Assembly: GCF_988242995.1 (NCBI RefSeq)
Contig: NZ_OZ547043.1
Strand: one strand, 5' to 3'
DNA: 64,000 bases
Position numbers and translations under genes: made by a program. This document shows positions 34,667 to 48,470 of the stretch, piece by piece (the first letter of the stretch is position 1; the number at the start of each line of letters is the position of its first letter). The notes beneath the pieces are model-generated. The model did no database searches. It was not told the origin of the DNA and saw nothing but the letters and a program-made list of their open reading frames with translations.

Positions 34667-34724
34667 TTTTCCTTGCCATAGACACCATCCCTGTCTTCCC
34701 CCACATGATGTGGGGGTTTTTTTT
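34667..34724 (+). ncRNA. cpxQ: possible CpxQ sRNA (derived from the cpxP 3' UTR) with a strong intrinsic terminator
   Basis: cpxP 3' UTR ends in the perfect hairpin CCCCCACATGATGTGGGGG plus T8; this hairpin could instead be the left-end hairpin of the adjacent IS200. Confidence 0.4.
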
Positions 34725-35405
34725 GTGCACAGAAAACCCCCAGCTAGGCTGGGGGTTCCGGAAAGCTTTCAGCTTTGAGCCAGTTATTAAAACCCCTTTT
34801 GATTTGTTAAAACACCTTGCGGTCTGGCAACTGCAAGTGTCAAACAAGAAATCAAAAGGGGGTCCCAATGGGGGACGAAAAGAGCTTAGCGCACACCCGC
34901 TGGAACTGTAAATATCACATAGTTTTTGCGCCGAAATACCGAAGACTGGCGTTTTACGGAGAGAAGCGTAGGGCGATAGGCAGTATTTTGAGAAAGCTGT
35001 GTGAGTGGAAAAGCGTACGGATTCTGGAAGCAGAGTGCTGCGCAGATCATATCCATATGCTTGTGGAAATCCCACCCAAAATGAGCGTATCCGGCTTTAT
35101 GGGATATCTGAAAGGGAAAAGCAGTCTGATGCTTTACGAGCAGTTTGGGGATTTGAAATTCAAATACAGAAACAGGGAGTTCTGGTGCCGAGGGTACTAT
35201 GTCGATACGGTGGGTAAGAACACGGCGAAGATACGTGACTACATAAAGCACCAGCTTGAAGAGGATAAAATGGGGGAGCAGTTATCGATTCCATATCCGG
35301 GCAGCCCGTTTACGGGCCGTAAGTAACGAAGTTGAATGCAAATGTCAGATCGTATGCGCCTGTTAGGGCGCGGCTGGTAACAGAGCCTTACAGGCGCATT
35401 TGAAA
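34700..35405 (+). mobile_element. IS200-like insertion sequence (IS200/IS605 family); boundaries approximate
   Basis: single ~152-aa Y1 transposase ORF flanked by structured ends (hairpins AAACCCCCAGCTAGGCTGGGGGTT on the left, TGCGCCTGT...ACAGGCGCA on the right); no terminal inverted repeats, as expected for IS200; intergenic region is about 0.7 kb longer than my recollection of K-12. Confidence 0.7.
34868..35326 (+). CDS. tnpA: IS200/IS605-family Y1 (HUH) transposase TnpA
   Basis: ORF 34817..35326; start MGDEKSLAHTRWNCKYHIVFAPKYRR; HUH motif HIHMLV; catalytic Tyr near the C-terminus. Confidence 0.85.
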   Translation: MGDEKSLAHTRWNCKYHIVFAPKYRRLAFYGEKRRAIGSILRKLCEWKSVRILEAECCADHIHMLVEIPPKMSVSGFMGYLKGKSSLMLYEQFGDLKFKYRNREFWCRGYYVDTVGKNTAKIRDYIKHQLEEDKMGEQLSIPYPGSPFTGRK

Positions 35406-35407
35406 AA

Positions 35408-35437
35408 CCTCCGGCTATGCCGGAGGATATTTATTTA
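35408..35437 (+). terminator. weak hairpin with an AT-rich tail upstream of fieF
   Basis: CCTCCGGCTATGCCGGAGG followed by ATATTTATTTA. Confidence 0.35.
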
Positions 35438-35517
35438 TCCTCAATTTGCCTGCTGCTTAATGCATTGCAGATGATTTGCTTCCGTTATACTAGCGTCAGT
35501 TGATAGCGGGAGTATTT

Positions 35518-36420
35518 ATGAATCAATCTTATGGACGGCTGGTCAGTCGGGCGGCGATTGCTGCAACGGCGATGGCTTCACTGCTATTGCTGATTAAAAT
35601 TTTTGCATGGTGGTATACCGGGTCGGTGAGTATTCTCGCCGCGCTGGTGGATTCGCTGGTGGATATCGGCGCGTCGTTGACGAATTTACTGGTGGTGCGA
35701 TATTCCCTGCAACCTGCCGACGATAATCACTCGTTTGGTCACGGTAAAGCTGAGTCCCTCGCGGCGCTGGCGCAAAGTATGTTTATCTCCGGTTCGGCAC
35801 TATTCCTCTTTTTGACGGGTATTCAACATCTGATATCTCCAACACCGATGACAGATCCAGGCGTCGGGGTAATCGTGACAATTGTGGCGCTAATTTGTAC
35901 GATTATCCTTGTCTCGTTTCAGCGGTGGGTGGTGCGCCGGACGCAAAGCCAGGCGGTGCGGGCTGATATGCTACATTACCAGTCTGATGTTATGATGAAC
36001 GGCGCAATTCTGCTGGCGCTGGGGTTGTCCTGGTATGGCTGGCATCGCGCCGATGCTCTGTTTGCATTGGGAATCGGCATCTATATTTTATATAGCGCGT
36101 TACGCATGGGATATGAGGCGGTACAGTCATTACTGGATCGCGCATTGCCTGATGAAGAACGGCAAGAAATTATTGATATCGTGACTTCCTGGCCGGGTGT
36201 TAGCGGCGCTCACGATCTTCGCACGCGGCAGTCAGGGCCGACCCGCTTTATTCAGATTCATTTGGAAATGGAAGACTCTCTGCCTTTGGTTCAGGCACAT
36301 ATGGTGGCGGATCAGGTAGAGCAGGCTATTTTACGGCGTTTTCCGGGATCGGATGTGATTATCCATCAGGACCCCTGTTCCGTCGTACCCAGGGAGGGTA
36401 AACGGTCTATGCTTTCATAA
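35518..36420 (+). CDS. fieF: cation diffusion facilitator (Zn/Fe efflux) FieF/YiiP
   Basis: ORF 35500..36420; start [24 protein letters not shown] gives 300 aa. Confidence 0.95.
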
Positions 36421-36600
36421 TCAGTATAAAAGAGAGCCAGACCCGCATTTTGTGTATAAAATACCGCCATTTGGCCTGACCTGAATCAATTCAGCAGGAA
36501 GTGATTGTTATACTATTTGCACATTCGTTGGATCACTTCGATGTGCAAGAAGACTTCCGGCAACAGATTTCATTTTGCATTCCAAAGTTCAGAGGTAGTC

Positions 36601-37563
36601 ATGATTAAGAAAATCGGTGTGTTGACAAGCGGCGGTGATGCGCCAGGCATGAACGCCGCAATTCGCGGGGTTGTTCGTTCTGCGCTGACAGAAGGTCTGG
36701 AAGTAATGGGCATTTATGACGGCTATCTGGGTCTGTATGAAGACCGTATGGTACAGCTAGACCGTTACAGCGTTTCTGACATGATCAACCGTGGCGGTAC
36801 GTTCCTCGGTTCTGCGCGTTTCCCGGAATTCCGCGACGAGAACATCCGCGCCGTGGCTATCGAAAACCTGAAAAAACGTGGTATCGACGCGCTGGTGGTT
36901 ATCGGCGGTGACGGTTCCTACATGGGTGCAATGCGTCTGACCGAAATGGGCTTCCCGTGCATCGGTCTGCCGGGCACTATCGACAACGACATCAAAGGCA
37001 CTGACTACACTATCGGTTTCTTCACTGCGCTGAGCACCGTTGTAGAAGCGATCGACCGTCTGCGTGACACCTCTTCTTCTCACCAGCGTATTTCCGTGGT
37101 GGAAGTGATGGGCCGTTATTGTGGCGATCTGACCCTGGCTGCGGCCATTGCCGGTGGCTGTGAATTCGTTGTAGTTCCGGAAGTTGAATTCAGCCGTGAA
37201 GACCTGGTAAACGAAATCAAAGCGGGTATCGCGAAAGGTAAAAAACACGCGATCGTGGCGATTACCGAACATATGTGTGATGTTGACGAACTGGCGCATT
37301 TCATCGAGAAAGAAACCGGTCGTGAAACCCGCGCAACTGTGCTGGGCCACATCCAGCGCGGTGGTTCTCCGGTGCCTTACGACCGTATTCTGGCTTCCCG
37401 TATGGGCGCTTACGCTATCGATCTGCTGCTGGCAGGTTACGGCGGTCGTTGCGTAGGTATCCAGAACGAACAGCTGGTTCACCACGACATCATCGACGCT
37501 ATCGAAAACATGAAGCGTCCGTTCAAAGGCGACTGGCTGGACTGCGCGAAAAAACTGTATTAA
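36601..37563 (+). CDS. pfkA: 6-phosphofructokinase I
   Basis: ORF 36505..37563; start [25 protein letters not shown] gives 320 aa. Confidence 0.95.
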
Positions 37564-37618
37564 TGATTTCGGAAAAAGGCAGATTCCTTTAGCCTGAAAC
37601 CGATGACAGAAGCAAAAA

Positions 37619-37718
37619 TGCCTGATGCGCTTCGCTTATCAGGCCTACATGAATTCTGCAATTTATTGAATTTGCAAACTTTTGTAGGCCGATAAGGCGT
37701 TCGCGCCGCATCCGGCAT
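37619..37718. repeat. paired REP elements (BIME) after pfkA
   Basis: GCCTGATGCGCTTCGCTTATCAGGCCTAC and GTAGGCCGATAAGGCGTTCGCGCCGCATCCGGCA in inverted orientation. Confidence 0.6.
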
Positions 37719-37744
37719 CGATAAAGCGCACTTTGTCAGCAATA

Positions 37745-37770
37745 TGAGGCGGATTTCTTCCGCCTTTTTA
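37745..37770 (+). terminator. putative rho-independent terminator after pfkA
   Basis: GAGGCGGATTTCTTCCGCCTTTTTAA. Confidence 0.45.
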
Positions 37771-37881
37771 ATCCCTCAACATATACCCGCAAGTTATAGC
37801 AAATCTTTTTTTATTCTTTAATGTTTTGTTAACCTTCTGGCACGCTTTGCTCATCACAACACAACATAAGAGAGTCGGGCG

Positions 37882-38871
37882 ATGAACAAGTGGGGCGTAG
37901 GGTTAACATTTTTGCTGGCGGCAACCAGCGTTATGGCAAAGGATATTCAGCTTCTTAACGTTTCATATGATCCAACGCGCGAATTGTACGAACAGTACAA
38001 CAAGGCATTCAGCGCCCACTGGAAACAGCAAACTGGCGATAACGTGGTGATTCGTCAGTCACACGGTGGTTCAGGCAAACAAGCGACGTCGGTAATCAAT
38101 GGTATTGAAGCTGATGTTGTCACTCTGGCTCTGGCCTATGACGTGGACGCGATTGCGGAACGCGGGCGGATTGATAAAGAGTGGATCAAACGTCTGCCGG
38201 ATAACTCCGCACCGTACACTTCCACCATTGTTTTCCTGGTGCGTAAGGGCAATCCGAAGCAGATCCATGACTGGAACGATCTGATTAAACCGGGTGTTTC
38301 GGTGATCACGCCTAATCCGAAAAGCTCTGGTGGCGCGCGCTGGAACTACCTGGCAGCCTGGGGCTACGCGCTGCATCACAACAACAACGATCAGGCAAAA
38401 GCACAGGATTTTGTTCGGGCACTGTATAAAAACGTCGAAGTTCTGGATTCTGGCGCGCGCGGCTCCACTAACACCTTTGTCGAGCGCGGAATTGGCGATG
38501 TACTGATTGCCTGGGAAAACGAAGCTCTGCTGGCAGCGAATGAGCTGGGGAAAGATAAATTCGAAATCGTTACGCCGAGTGAGTCTATCCTCGCAGAGCC
38601 AACCGTGTCGGTGGTCGATAAAGTGGTCGAGAAAAAAGGCACCAAAGAGGTGGCGGAAGCCTACCTGAAATATCTCTACTCGCCAGAAGGTCAGGAAATT
38701 GCCGCGAAAAACTACTACCGTCCGCGCGATGCTGAGGTGGCGAAAAAGTACGAAAATGCGTTTCCAAAGCTGAAGTTATTCACCATTGATGAAGAGTTCG
38801 GCGGCTGGACGAAAGCGCAAAAAGAGCATTTTGCTAACGGCGGTACGTTCGATCAGATCAGCAAACGCTGA
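37882..38871 (+). CDS. sbp: periplasmic sulfate-binding protein
   Basis: 329-aa ORF with signal peptide [19 protein letters not shown]. Confidence 0.95.
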
Positions 38872-38891
38872 TTTCCCCAGGATAATTATCA

Positions 38892-38925
38892 AACCCGGTG
38901 GTTTCTCGCGACCGGGTTTTTTATT
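38892..38925 (+). terminator. rho-independent terminator after sbp
   Basis: ACCCGGTGGTTTCTCGCGACCGGGTTTTTTATT. Confidence 0.55.
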
Positions 38926-38977
38926 TGTCACGATTTTGCGTTACCCTTGCATCTCTTTGAGGTACAGGGAAAAAAAG

Positions 38978-39733
38978 ATGAAAAAAGCGGGTCTTCTTTT
39001 TTTGGTGATGATAGTTATCGCCGTTGTGGCTGCCGGTATTGGTTACTGGAAATTAACCGGTGAAGAGTCGGATACACTACGTAAGATTGTCCTTGAGGAA
39101 TGTTTGCCCAATCAACAGCAAAATCAAAATCCTTCGCCATGTGCGGAAGTCAAACCCAATGCCGGATACGTGGTTTTAAAAGATCTTAATGGCCCACTGC
39201 AATATCTGTTGATGCCAACGTATCGTATTAACGGCACGGAAAGTCCTTTGTTGACCGATCCTTCAACGCCGAACTTCTTTTGGTTGGCCTGGCAGGCGCG
39301 TGATTTTATGAGCAAAAAATACGGCCAGCCGGTTCCCGATCGCGCGGTTTCTTTGGCGATCAACTCTCGCACCGGGCGTACGCAAAACCATTTTCATATT
39401 CATATCTCTTGTATTCGTCATGATGTGCGCGAACAGCTGGATAACAATCTGGCTAACATCAGCAGCCGCTGGTTGCCACTGCCAGGTGGTTTGCGTGGGC
39501 ATGAGTACCTGGCGCGTCGGGTAACGGAAAGCGAACTGGTACAACGCAGCCCATTTATGATGCTTGCAGAGGAAGTGCCTGAGGCGCGGGAACATATGGG
39601 AAGCTACGGGCTGGCGATGGTGCGGCAGAGTGATAATTCGTTTGTTTTGCTGGCGACACAACGAAATCTACTGACGCTGAACCGTGCTTCAGCCGAGGAA
39701 ATCCAGGATCATCAGTGTGAGATTTTGCGTTAA
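38978..39733 (+). CDS. cdh: CDP-diacylglycerol pyrophosphatase
   Basis: ORF 38786..39733; the internal Met [20 protein letters not shown] gives 251 aa; HxH motif HFHIHIS. Confidence 0.9.
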   Translation: MKKAGLLFLVMIVIAVVAAGIGYWKLTGEESDTLRKIVLEECLPNQQQNQNPSPCAEVKPNAGYVVLKDLNGPLQYLLMPTYRINGTESPLLTDPSTPNFFWLAWQARDFMSKKYGQPVPDRAVSLAINSRTGRTQNHFHIHISCIRHDVREQLDNNLANISSRWLPLPGGLRGHEYLARRVTESELVQRSPFMMLAEEVPEAREHMGSYGLAMVRQSDNSFVLLATQRNLLTLNRASAEEIQDHQCEILR

Positions 39734-39787
39734 GGCGAGGAGTTAAGGAAAGTAAGTGCCGGATATGAAATCCGGCACCTGTCAGAC

Positions 39788-40555
39788 TTAAGCCTGTTTA
39801 GCCGCTTCTGCAGCTTTAACGATCACTGCGAAAGCGTCAGCTTTCAGAGAAGCACCGCCAACCAGCGCGCCGTCGATGTCTGGCTGAGCAAACAGTTCTG
39901 CAGCGTTAGACGCGTTTACAGAGCCGCCGTACTGGATGATCACTTGTTCAGCGATGTTAGCGTCAACTTTAGCGATGTGGTCACGGATGAATTTGTGAAC
40001 AGCCTGTGCCTGCGCCGGAGTTGCAGATTTGCCAGTACCGATTGCCCATACGGGTTCGTAAGCGATTACCGCACCTTCGAATGCTGCAGCACCCTGAGTT
40101 TTCAGTACCGCGTCGATCTGACGTGCGCAAACTTCTTCAGTTTTGCCCGCTTCGTTTTCAGCTTCGGTTTCACCGATGCACAGAACCGGAGTCAGACCCT
40201 GCTCTTTCAGCACCGCGAATTTTTTCGCGATCAGTTCGTCAGACTCTTTGTGGTAAGTACGACGTTCAGAGTGGCCGATGATGATGTACTGTGCGCCGAT
40301 GTCTTTCAGCATAGCAGCAGAGGTTTCACCGGTGAATGCGCCGGACAGGTTCAGGTCCACGTTTTGCGCACCCAGCATGATGTGGCTGCCTTCAGCTTCA
40401 CGCTTCGCCATATCGATGTACATTTCCGGTGGTGCGATTGCAACCGCACAGCCAGCAACACCTGCCAGCTCTTTACGCAGATTAGAAACCAGCTCGTGAA
40501 CCATGTGGCGGCTGCCGTTCAGTTTCCAGTTACCCATCACTAAAGGATGTCGCAT
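39788..40555 (-). CDS. tpiA: triosephosphate isomerase
   Basis: 255-aa [24 protein letters not shown] and [11 protein letters not shown] motifs. Confidence 0.95.
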
Positions 40556-40662
40556 TTTAATTCTCCACGCTTATAAGCGAATAAAGGAAGATGGCCGCCC
40601 CGCAGGGCAGCAGGTCTGTGAAACAGTATAGAGATTCATCGGCACAAAGGCTTTGCTTTTTG

Positions 40663-41262
40663 TCATTTATTCAAACCTTCAAGCGATTCAGATAGCGCCA
40701 GCTTAATCGGTTCAACAGCGAAGGTCAGCCCCTTTTCGCCGTTGTCCGCGACAACATAACGCAGTGCACCTTCTGTCTCGGTGTAATAACGTTTGTTTTT
40801 CCCCGCCGTTAGTAGCGACTGCAGTTTTTTCTGGCTTTGTGTTTTGGTCATTAATGGGGTGAGTGTGCGGATCACCGCTGCCATGTATTCCTGAGCTTTC
40901 GCTTTCGCGGCTTTTTGCTCTGGCCCCTGGATGGGTAGCCAGGTCATTTGAATGCTTTTGATTTTTAAGGTACCGCGCTCCAGCGCTGTAGAAGCATACA
41001 AGTTCTCATTAATTTTACTGGCAGCACGAGTGAGATTGGCTTTGTCGGGACTGCTGTCGATGGCACGAAATTCGTTCAGTGGCAGGCTGGGATTCTGGCT
41101 GTTAAAGTCTTCTCTAAACTGGCTGATGGAGAGATCGAAAGTAGGGGCTCCAGCCAGCAGATAAGGCGCGGTCGTTGCCGTATCTGGTGTTTGTGCATGC
41201 GCCGTTGTTGTAACGGTTAATGCAGAACATAAGAGAAAAAACAGCGTACACCCTGGCTTCAT
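40663..41262 (-). CDS. yiiQ: DUF1454 periplasmic protein YiiQ
   Basis: 199-aa ORF with signal peptide; conserved position. Confidence 0.9.
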   Translation of the reverse strand: MKPGCTLFFLLCSALTVTTTAHAQTPDTATTAPYLLAGAPTFDLSISQFREDFNSQNPSLPLNEFRAIDSSPDKANLTRAASKINENLYASTALERGTLKIKSIQMTWLPIQGPEQKAAKAKAQEYMAAVIRTLTPLMTKTQSQKKLQSLLTAGKNKRYYTETEGALRYVVADNGEKGLTFAVEPIKLALSESLEGLNK

Positions 41263-41362
41263 TGACAGTACCTTTTGTTATGACTGGCTCCGATTAAAAC
41301 GATATCTGTCGCCCTTGTCAAAAGGGTAGAATCCTGGAAAAGACAACCATCAAGGAACTTAC

Positions 41363-41803
41363 ATGACCATACAGCAATGGTTATTCTCATTTAAAGGGCG
41401 TATTGGACGCCGTGATTTCTGGATTTGGATAGGCCTGTGGTTCGCAGGCATGCTGGTGCTTTTCTCACTGGCGGGTAAAAATTTACTCGATATTCAGACT
41501 GCGGCGTTTTGCCTTGTGTGCTTGCTCTGGCCAACAGCGGCAGTAACCGTTAAGCGCTTGCATGATCGCGGGCGTTCCGGCGCATGGGCATTTCTGATGA
41601 TTGTGGCGTGGATGCTGCTGGCGGGTAACTGGGCGATTTTACCGGGTGTCTGGCAATGGGCGGTGGGGCGTTTTGTCCCGACGTTGATTCTGGTGATGAT
41701 GCTTATCGATCTTGGTGCGTTTGTTGGCACACAAGGCGAAAATAAATATGGTAAAGATACCGAGGATGTGAAGTATAAAGCCGACAATAAATCAAGTAAT
41801 TAA
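41363..41803 (+). CDS. yiiR: DUF805 inner membrane protein YiiR
   Basis: 146-aa ORF with hydrophobic segments. Confidence 0.9.
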   Translation: MTIQQWLFSFKGRIGRRDFWIWIGLWFAGMLVLFSLAGKNLLDIQTAAFCLVCLLWPTAAVTVKRLHDRGRSGAWAFLMIVAWMLLAGNWAILPGVWQWAVGRFVPTLILVMMLIDLGAFVGTQGENKYGKDTEDVKYKADNKSSN

Positions 41804-42014
41804 CCTTTAATATATCTCTTACTGCTATTTTTTTCCGGGATTGTTATTTCCACGATGCAAATGACAATACCCGGAAAATCCTTCTGAACTCTTCACCTTA
41901 AGCAATATCAAAAAAAATGGTAATCCATAAGATCATTACTTGTTTGTTCTTCCCTTAACGGCGCATTATTCTTAAGTCGTAATCGACAGAGAGGCGAATA
42001 TACAGAGGTGCCCT

Positions 42015-42314
42015 ATGAAAGATGTCGTAGATAAATGCAGTACTAAAGGATGTGCGATTGATATCGGTACGGTGATTGATAACGACAACTGTACCAGTAA
42101 GTTTTCGCGCTTTTTTGCCACCCGCGAAGAAGCAGAGTCCTTTATGACCAAACTGAAAGAGCTTGCCGCCGCTGCATCCTCTGCAGATGAAGGGGCCAGC
42201 GTGGCCTATAAGATTAAGGATCTGGAGGGGCAAGTTGAGCTTGATGCGGCCTTCACCTTCTCATGCCAGGCCGAGATGATTATTTTTGAGTTATCACTGC
42301 GTTCGTTAGCTTGA
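42015..42314 (+). CDS. yiiS: UPF0381 protein YiiS
   Basis: 99-aa ORF; conserved position. Confidence 0.9.
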   Translation: MKDVVDKCSTKGCAIDIGTVIDNDNCTSKFSRFFATREEAESFMTKLKELAAAASSADEGASVAYKIKDLEGQVELDAAFTFSCQAEMIIFELSLRSLA

Positions 42315-42340
42315 TGGAGTTGCTTTAGAAGGAGTTAAAC

Positions 42341-42769
42341 ATGGCTTATAAACACATTGGCGTGGCAATTTCCGGGAATGAAGAAGATGCCTTACTGGTG
42401 AATAAAGCCCTGGAGCTCGCCAGACATAATGACGCTCACCTGACGTTAATTCATATTGATGATGGCTTAAGCGAGTTGTATCCGGGTATCTACTTCCCTG
42501 CAACAGAAGATATTCTTCAATTGTTGAAGAATAAGTCGGATAACAAGCTGTATAAACTGACGAAAAATATTCAATGGCCGAAGACAAAACTGCGTATTGA
42601 ACGCGGAGAAATGCCGGAAACACTGCTGGAAATTATGCAAAAAGAGCAGTGCGACCTCCTTGTCTGTGGTCATCACCACTCATTTATCAACCGTTTGATG
42701 CCGGCATATCGCGGGATGATCAATAAGTTGAGTGCGGATTTGCTCATCGTGCCGTTTATCGATAAGTAA
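42341..42769 (+). CDS. uspD: universal stress protein D
   Basis: 142-aa [30 protein letters not shown]. Confidence 0.95.
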   Translation: MAYKHIGVAISGNEEDALLVNKALELARHNDAHLTLIHIDDGLSELYPGIYFPATEDILQLLKNKSDNKLYKLTKNIQWPKTKLRIERGEMPETLLEIMQKEQCDLLVCGHHHSFINRLMPAYRGMINKLSADLLIVPFIDK

Positions 42770-42773
42770 CCGC

Positions 42774-43520
42774 TTACCAGTAATGCTCCGCTGTCATATG
42801 GCCCGGTCGGCGACGTAAATGTTTCGTCATCTGCCGGGTCTCTTTCAGTAACTGTTGCGTATCGCGCACCATCTGTGGATTGCCGCACAGCATCACATGG
42901 CTGGTTTCTTTATTCATCGGCAGGCCAACCGCGCTTTCCAGTTCACCACTTTCAATTAACGCCGGTATTCTCCCGGTGAGTGAGCCTGCAGCCGTTTCCC
43001 GACTGACCACCGTCTGAATGCGCAGTTTGCCTTCGTAGCGTTTTTCCAGTTCTTGCATCAGTGGCAAATAGCTTAAGTCGGCGGCATAACGTGCGGCGTG
43101 AACCAGGACCAGATTTTTGAAGCGCTCTAAATCTTTGCCCAGTTGCAGAATCGATAAATAAGGGCCAATCGCTGTACCGGTTGCCAGCATCCATAGCGTT
43201 TCGCAATCTGGTACTTCATCCAGCACAAAGAAGCCAGCTGCTTCGCTAACCACCTGCACTTCATCGCCCGGTTTCAGTGCCGCCAGTCGTGGGCTTAATT
43301 TGCCATCGGGGACGGTGACCAGGTAAAACTCCAGATCGGGATTATCGGGCGAGTTAACATAGGAGTAGGCGCGCTGGACGCGTTCGCCGTCGATTTCAAG
43401 GCCAAGCTTGGTGAATTGCCCGGCGGTAAACGGAAGCACGGGGGCGTGAACGGTGAGACTAAACAGGGCGTCGGTCCAGTTCTGCACTTTAGTGACTTTG
43501 CCTGTTACCCAATCAGCCAT
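42774..43520 (-). CDS. fpr: ferredoxin/flavodoxin-NADP+ reductase
   Basis: 248-aa ORF MADWVTGKVTKVQNWTDALFSL. Confidence 0.95.
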   Translation of the reverse strand: MADWVTGKVTKVQNWTDALFSLTVHAPVLPFTAGQFTKLGLEIDGERVQRAYSYVNSPDNPDLEFYLVTVPDGKLSPRLAALKPGDEVQVVSEAAGFFVLDEVPDCETLWMLATGTAIGPYLSILQLGKDLERFKNLVLVHAARYAADLSYLPLMQELEKRYEGKLRIQTVVSRETAAGSLTGRIPALIESGELESAVGLPMNKETSHVMLCGNPQMVRDTQQLLKETRQMTKHLRRRPGHMTAEHYW

Positions 43521-43616
43521 GTTTTTCTCCTGTTTTGATTGACTTGCCTTATCTTCGTTCTCCGAACAAAAAAATTCCAGTCCCGAAGGACTGGAAGGCT
43601 CAATCGATCAAATCAA

Positions 43617-44627
43617 TCAGAGGATGTGCACCTGCATTTCTGGGTCTTTGCGATCCAGATAGTGGATGGACTGAATGCGGCGAATAGTGCGTGACTTGCC
43701 GCGGATCAGCAGCGTTTCGGTAGTCGCGATATTGCCTTTGCGGCTAATGCCTTCCAGCAGATCGCCTTTGGTAATACCGGTGGCAGAGAAGATGACGTTA
43801 TCGCTGCGCGCCATATCGCCCAGACGCAATACTTTACCGGCTTCGATGCCCATCGCTTTGCAGCGTGCCAGCTCCTGCTCGCCAATGCGACGATTCTCTT
43901 CGTTGTCGCCTTTGACGTCATGACGCGCCAGCAGACGACCGTTCATGTCACCATCTAATGCGCGGATCACCGCCGCAGAAACCACGCCTTCCGGCGCGCC
44001 ACCAATACCGTACAGCACGTCAACTTCGCTGTCTGGCATACAGGTGAGAATTGAGGCCGCAACGTCGCCATCCGGAATAGCAAATACGCGTACGCCGAGT
44101 TGCTGCATTTCAGCGATAACGGCATCGTGGCGTGGTTTAGCCAGAATCGTTACCGTCAGTTCGCTCAACGGTTTGCCGAGCGCCGCCGCTACATTGCGCA
44201 GGTTATCCGCCAGCGGCAGGTTCAGATCAATGGTGCCTTTGGCTCCCGGTCCGACGATCAGCTTCTCCATATACATATCTGGCGCGTTGAGGAAACAGCC
44301 TTTATCGCCTACTGCCAGCACCGCCAGCGCGTTAGCCTGGCCCATCGCCGTCATGCGCGTGCCTTCAATCGGATCAACAGCAATATCTACCGCGTCGCCG
44401 CGACCAGTACCGACTTTTTCACCAATGTAGAGCATCGGTGCTTCGTCGATTTCACCTTCACCAATGACGATGGTGCCGTCAATGTTGACCTGGTTGAGCA
44501 TAATACGCATGGCGTTTACCGCTGCGCCGTCCGCGGTGTTTTTATCGCCGCGTCCTAACCATTTGTAGCCAGCCAGCGCCGCAGATTCGGTGACGCGGGA
44601 AAATTCGATGGCAAGTTCTCGTCTCAT
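43617..44627 (-). CDS. glpX: class II fructose-1,6-bisphosphatase
   Basis: ORF 43617..44756; the internal Met MRRELAIEFSRVTESAALAGY gives 336 aa. Confidence 0.95.
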   Translation of the reverse strand: MRRELAIEFSRVTESAALAGYKWLGRGDKNTADGAAVNAMRIMLNQVNIDGTIVIGEGEIDEAPMLYIGEKVGTGRGDAVDIAVDPIEGTRMTAMGQANALAVLAVGDKGCFLNAPDMYMEKLIVGPGAKGTIDLNLPLADNLRNVAAALGKPLSELTVTILAKPRHDAVIAEMQQLGVRVFAIPDGDVAASILTCMPDSEVDVLYGIGGAPEGVVSAAVIRALDGDMNGRLLARHDVKGDNEENRRIGEQELARCKAMGIEAGKVLRLGDMARSDNVIFSATGITKGDLLEGISRKGNIATTETLLIRGKSRTIRRIQSIHYLDRKDPEMQVHIL

Positions 44628-44692
44628 AGCAAACTCTAAGCAGTAAGGAATGGCGCGAAGTGTAGCACAGGGGAAGGGCGGGATTATTGATG

Positions 44693-44754
44693 TGTGCGGG
44701 GTTGCCCCCGCACGATTCAGGACTACCGGATGCGGCATAAACGCTTCATCCGGC
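44693..44754. repeat. hairpin plus REP-like element between glpK and glpX
   Basis: GTGCGGGGGTTGCCCCCGCAC palindrome and CCGGATGCGGCATAAACGCTTCATCCGGC. Confidence 0.45.
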
Positions 44755-44761
44755 ATTTACA

Positions 44762-47138
<2,377 letters not shown>

Positions 47139-47400
47139 AATCGGATCCTGAAGAGTTAATGTTTGTTGTATGCGTGAAAGTCACGGACCTCCACGATGCT
47201 TGTAGGCATGCTGTAAACTTATCGTTAACGAGCAAAAACGAGAAATATCGAACTTAAAATGTGTGTGCTTCGTCATAAAATGAGCGTTATCGCGCCATTT
47301 ATTCCATCTGATTGTACATGATGCATGTTTGTTAGATCATTCGCGCAACAAATTTATTAACATTTTCGATTGATGTGGATTATGTCACCAGGAGAAGGAT
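47139..47400 (-). promoter_or_regulatory. glpFKX promoter/operator region (GlpR and CRP sites expected)
   Basis: AT-rich region upstream of glpF with GlpR half-site-like AAATATCGAAC and GAGCGTTATCGCGC; site positions not resolved. Confidence 0.45.
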
Positions 47401-47514
47401 GAAAAGTGTGGCAAACCGTAATCTGCAAGGCGTGCCGCTGGACAGCGATGGCGCGGCTTCATACAATCGGAGCTAACTAAAGTGCGCTCGTATTTATTAA
47501 GGCGTCACCGGTAA

Positions 47515-47808
<294 letters not shown>

Positions 47809-47892
47809 TTACGCTTCATCTTCCGCGTAATTTCTTTACTGTGTAGGCCAACAGGTAACGCAGAAAAAAGGCACCTTGCGGTGCCTTTTCTA

Positions 47893-48378
47893 TCATTCAA
47901 TATCCAACGGATCTTCTGAAAGAATAATCCCGGTATTGTCGGCATAAAGATGGTCGCCGGAGAAGAAGGTGACACCGCCAAAATTGACGCGGACATCGCT
48001 TTCGCCAATGCCTTCGCCAGCAGCACCAACCGGAATTGCCGCCATCGCCTGGATGCCGATATCCAGCTCTTCCAGGTCATCTACCTGACGCACCGCGCCG
48101 TAAATGACCAGACCTTCCCATTCATTTTGTACTGCCAGACGCGCCAGTTCAGCATCGACCAGTGCGCGACGAACAGAACCACCGCCATCGACGACAAGAA
48201 CACGACCACGGCCATTCTGTTCGAGCAGATCGTACAGCAACCCGTTGTCCTCGAAACATTTTACCGTGATTATTTGTCCGCCAAACGACGCCCGTCCGCC
48301 AAAGTTGGAGAACAGCGGTTCCACGACGTTAACATCTTCTTGATAGATGTCACAAAGCTCGGAAGTATCGTATTTCAT
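47893..48378 (-). CDS. rraA: RNase E inhibitor RraA
   Basis: 161-aa [31 protein letters not shown]. Confidence 0.95.
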
Positions 48379-48470
48379 AGGCTTAACATTCAGTTGCTGC
48401 GAGAATTTTCAGTATATCGCGCTATGTAGGCTGTTGGCAAAATCATCAATTGTTAATTGATATTTGTCAG

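Noticed and set aside
34410-35075. 221-aa minus-strand ORF spanning the cpxP 3' end and IS200 tnpA
   Set aside because: Overlaps two confidently assigned plus-strand genes and crosses the insertion junction; no coherent domain signal.
36757-37485. 242-aa minus-strand ORF within pfkA
   Set aside because: Antisense to the highly conserved pfkA coding sequence.
47400-47480. Short ORF (about 25 codons, MKSVANRNLQGVPLDSDGAASYNRS) upstream of zapB
   Set aside because: Too short with no recognisable RBS or conservation evidence available from sequence alone; lies in the glpF-zapB regulatory spacer.
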